Assembly: GCA_038496445.1 (NCBI GenBank)
Contig: JALMLS010000573.1
Location: 186,001 to 250,000 of the forward strand
DNA: 64,000 nt
Source of the DNA: Trichosphaerium sp. ATCC 40318
Lineage: Eukaryota > Protista > Tubulinea
Reading direction: 5' to 3'
Position numbers and translations under genes: made by a program
Notes under the pieces: model-generated
The model's input: the letters and a program-made list of their open reading frames with translations, nothing else
Databases searched by the model: none
Told to the model about the DNA's origin: nothing
In this document: positions 63,674 to 64,000 of the stretch, in pieces
How the letters are laid out: each line of letters begins with the position of its first letter
Position numbering within the stretch: the first letter of the stretch is position 1

Positions 63674-64000
63674 GTAGCACAAGATTTCCACCAATTAACT
63701 CTGTAACGTTCCAAAGTGTTGTCTTAATAAACTTGTGAACGCCTCGCACAAAGGCGAAGCCTTTGGTACTCGTCTACTTAATTAAAGCGACTCGTACAAT
63801 ACGCTTTGCTATTGTCCTCGTCTTATAACGCACTCGTTATTCAGATAACTCGTTTTATTCATTAATGGCGACCTTCGTGAGAGCGTATTCGCTGAATACA
63901 GGTAAAAGACTTAGTCATTTTTCGTTCGTTTATATGAGCAGTAGCAGTACGCACTAAAACCTTACGCACTGTAATCTCTGGCCTTTGTAAAGCAAGACAC

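Overview
This is AT-rich eukaryotic DNA from a protist, probably amoebozoan-like (inferred from gene content and intron style). Genes have many short spliceosomal introns (~40-100 nt, GT-AG and several GC-AG), so the ORF track fragments them; I rebuilt exons by eye. The left half (1-31 kb) is gene-dense: a mitochondrial-carrier 3' end, a PLD6/Nuc-like protein lacking the catalytic His, a Trp-repeat protein, a Rap GTPase, two GNAT paralogues ending in -AKL, a protein with an H4-H3-like histone doublet plus BTB domain, a secreted Cys-rich peptide, a PA-domain 7TM protein, two F-box genes, a monoamine oxidase, an ankyrin gene and a CpeT/VirK-like secreted protein. It also holds two nested hAT-type MITEs. 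The right half (31-64 kb) is TE-rich: decayed LINEs, foldback MITEs, a TRIM with 75-bp LTRs and an RNase H LINE. Three elements there stand out: an ankyrin gene built from near-identical 154-bp exon+intron units with hypervariable binding-loop codons, an intron-rich piggyBac carrying (perhaps fused to) a USP-like cysteine protease, and a full-length L1/Tx1-type LINE with an apparent intron in ORF1. Domain calls come from motif recognition, not database searches.
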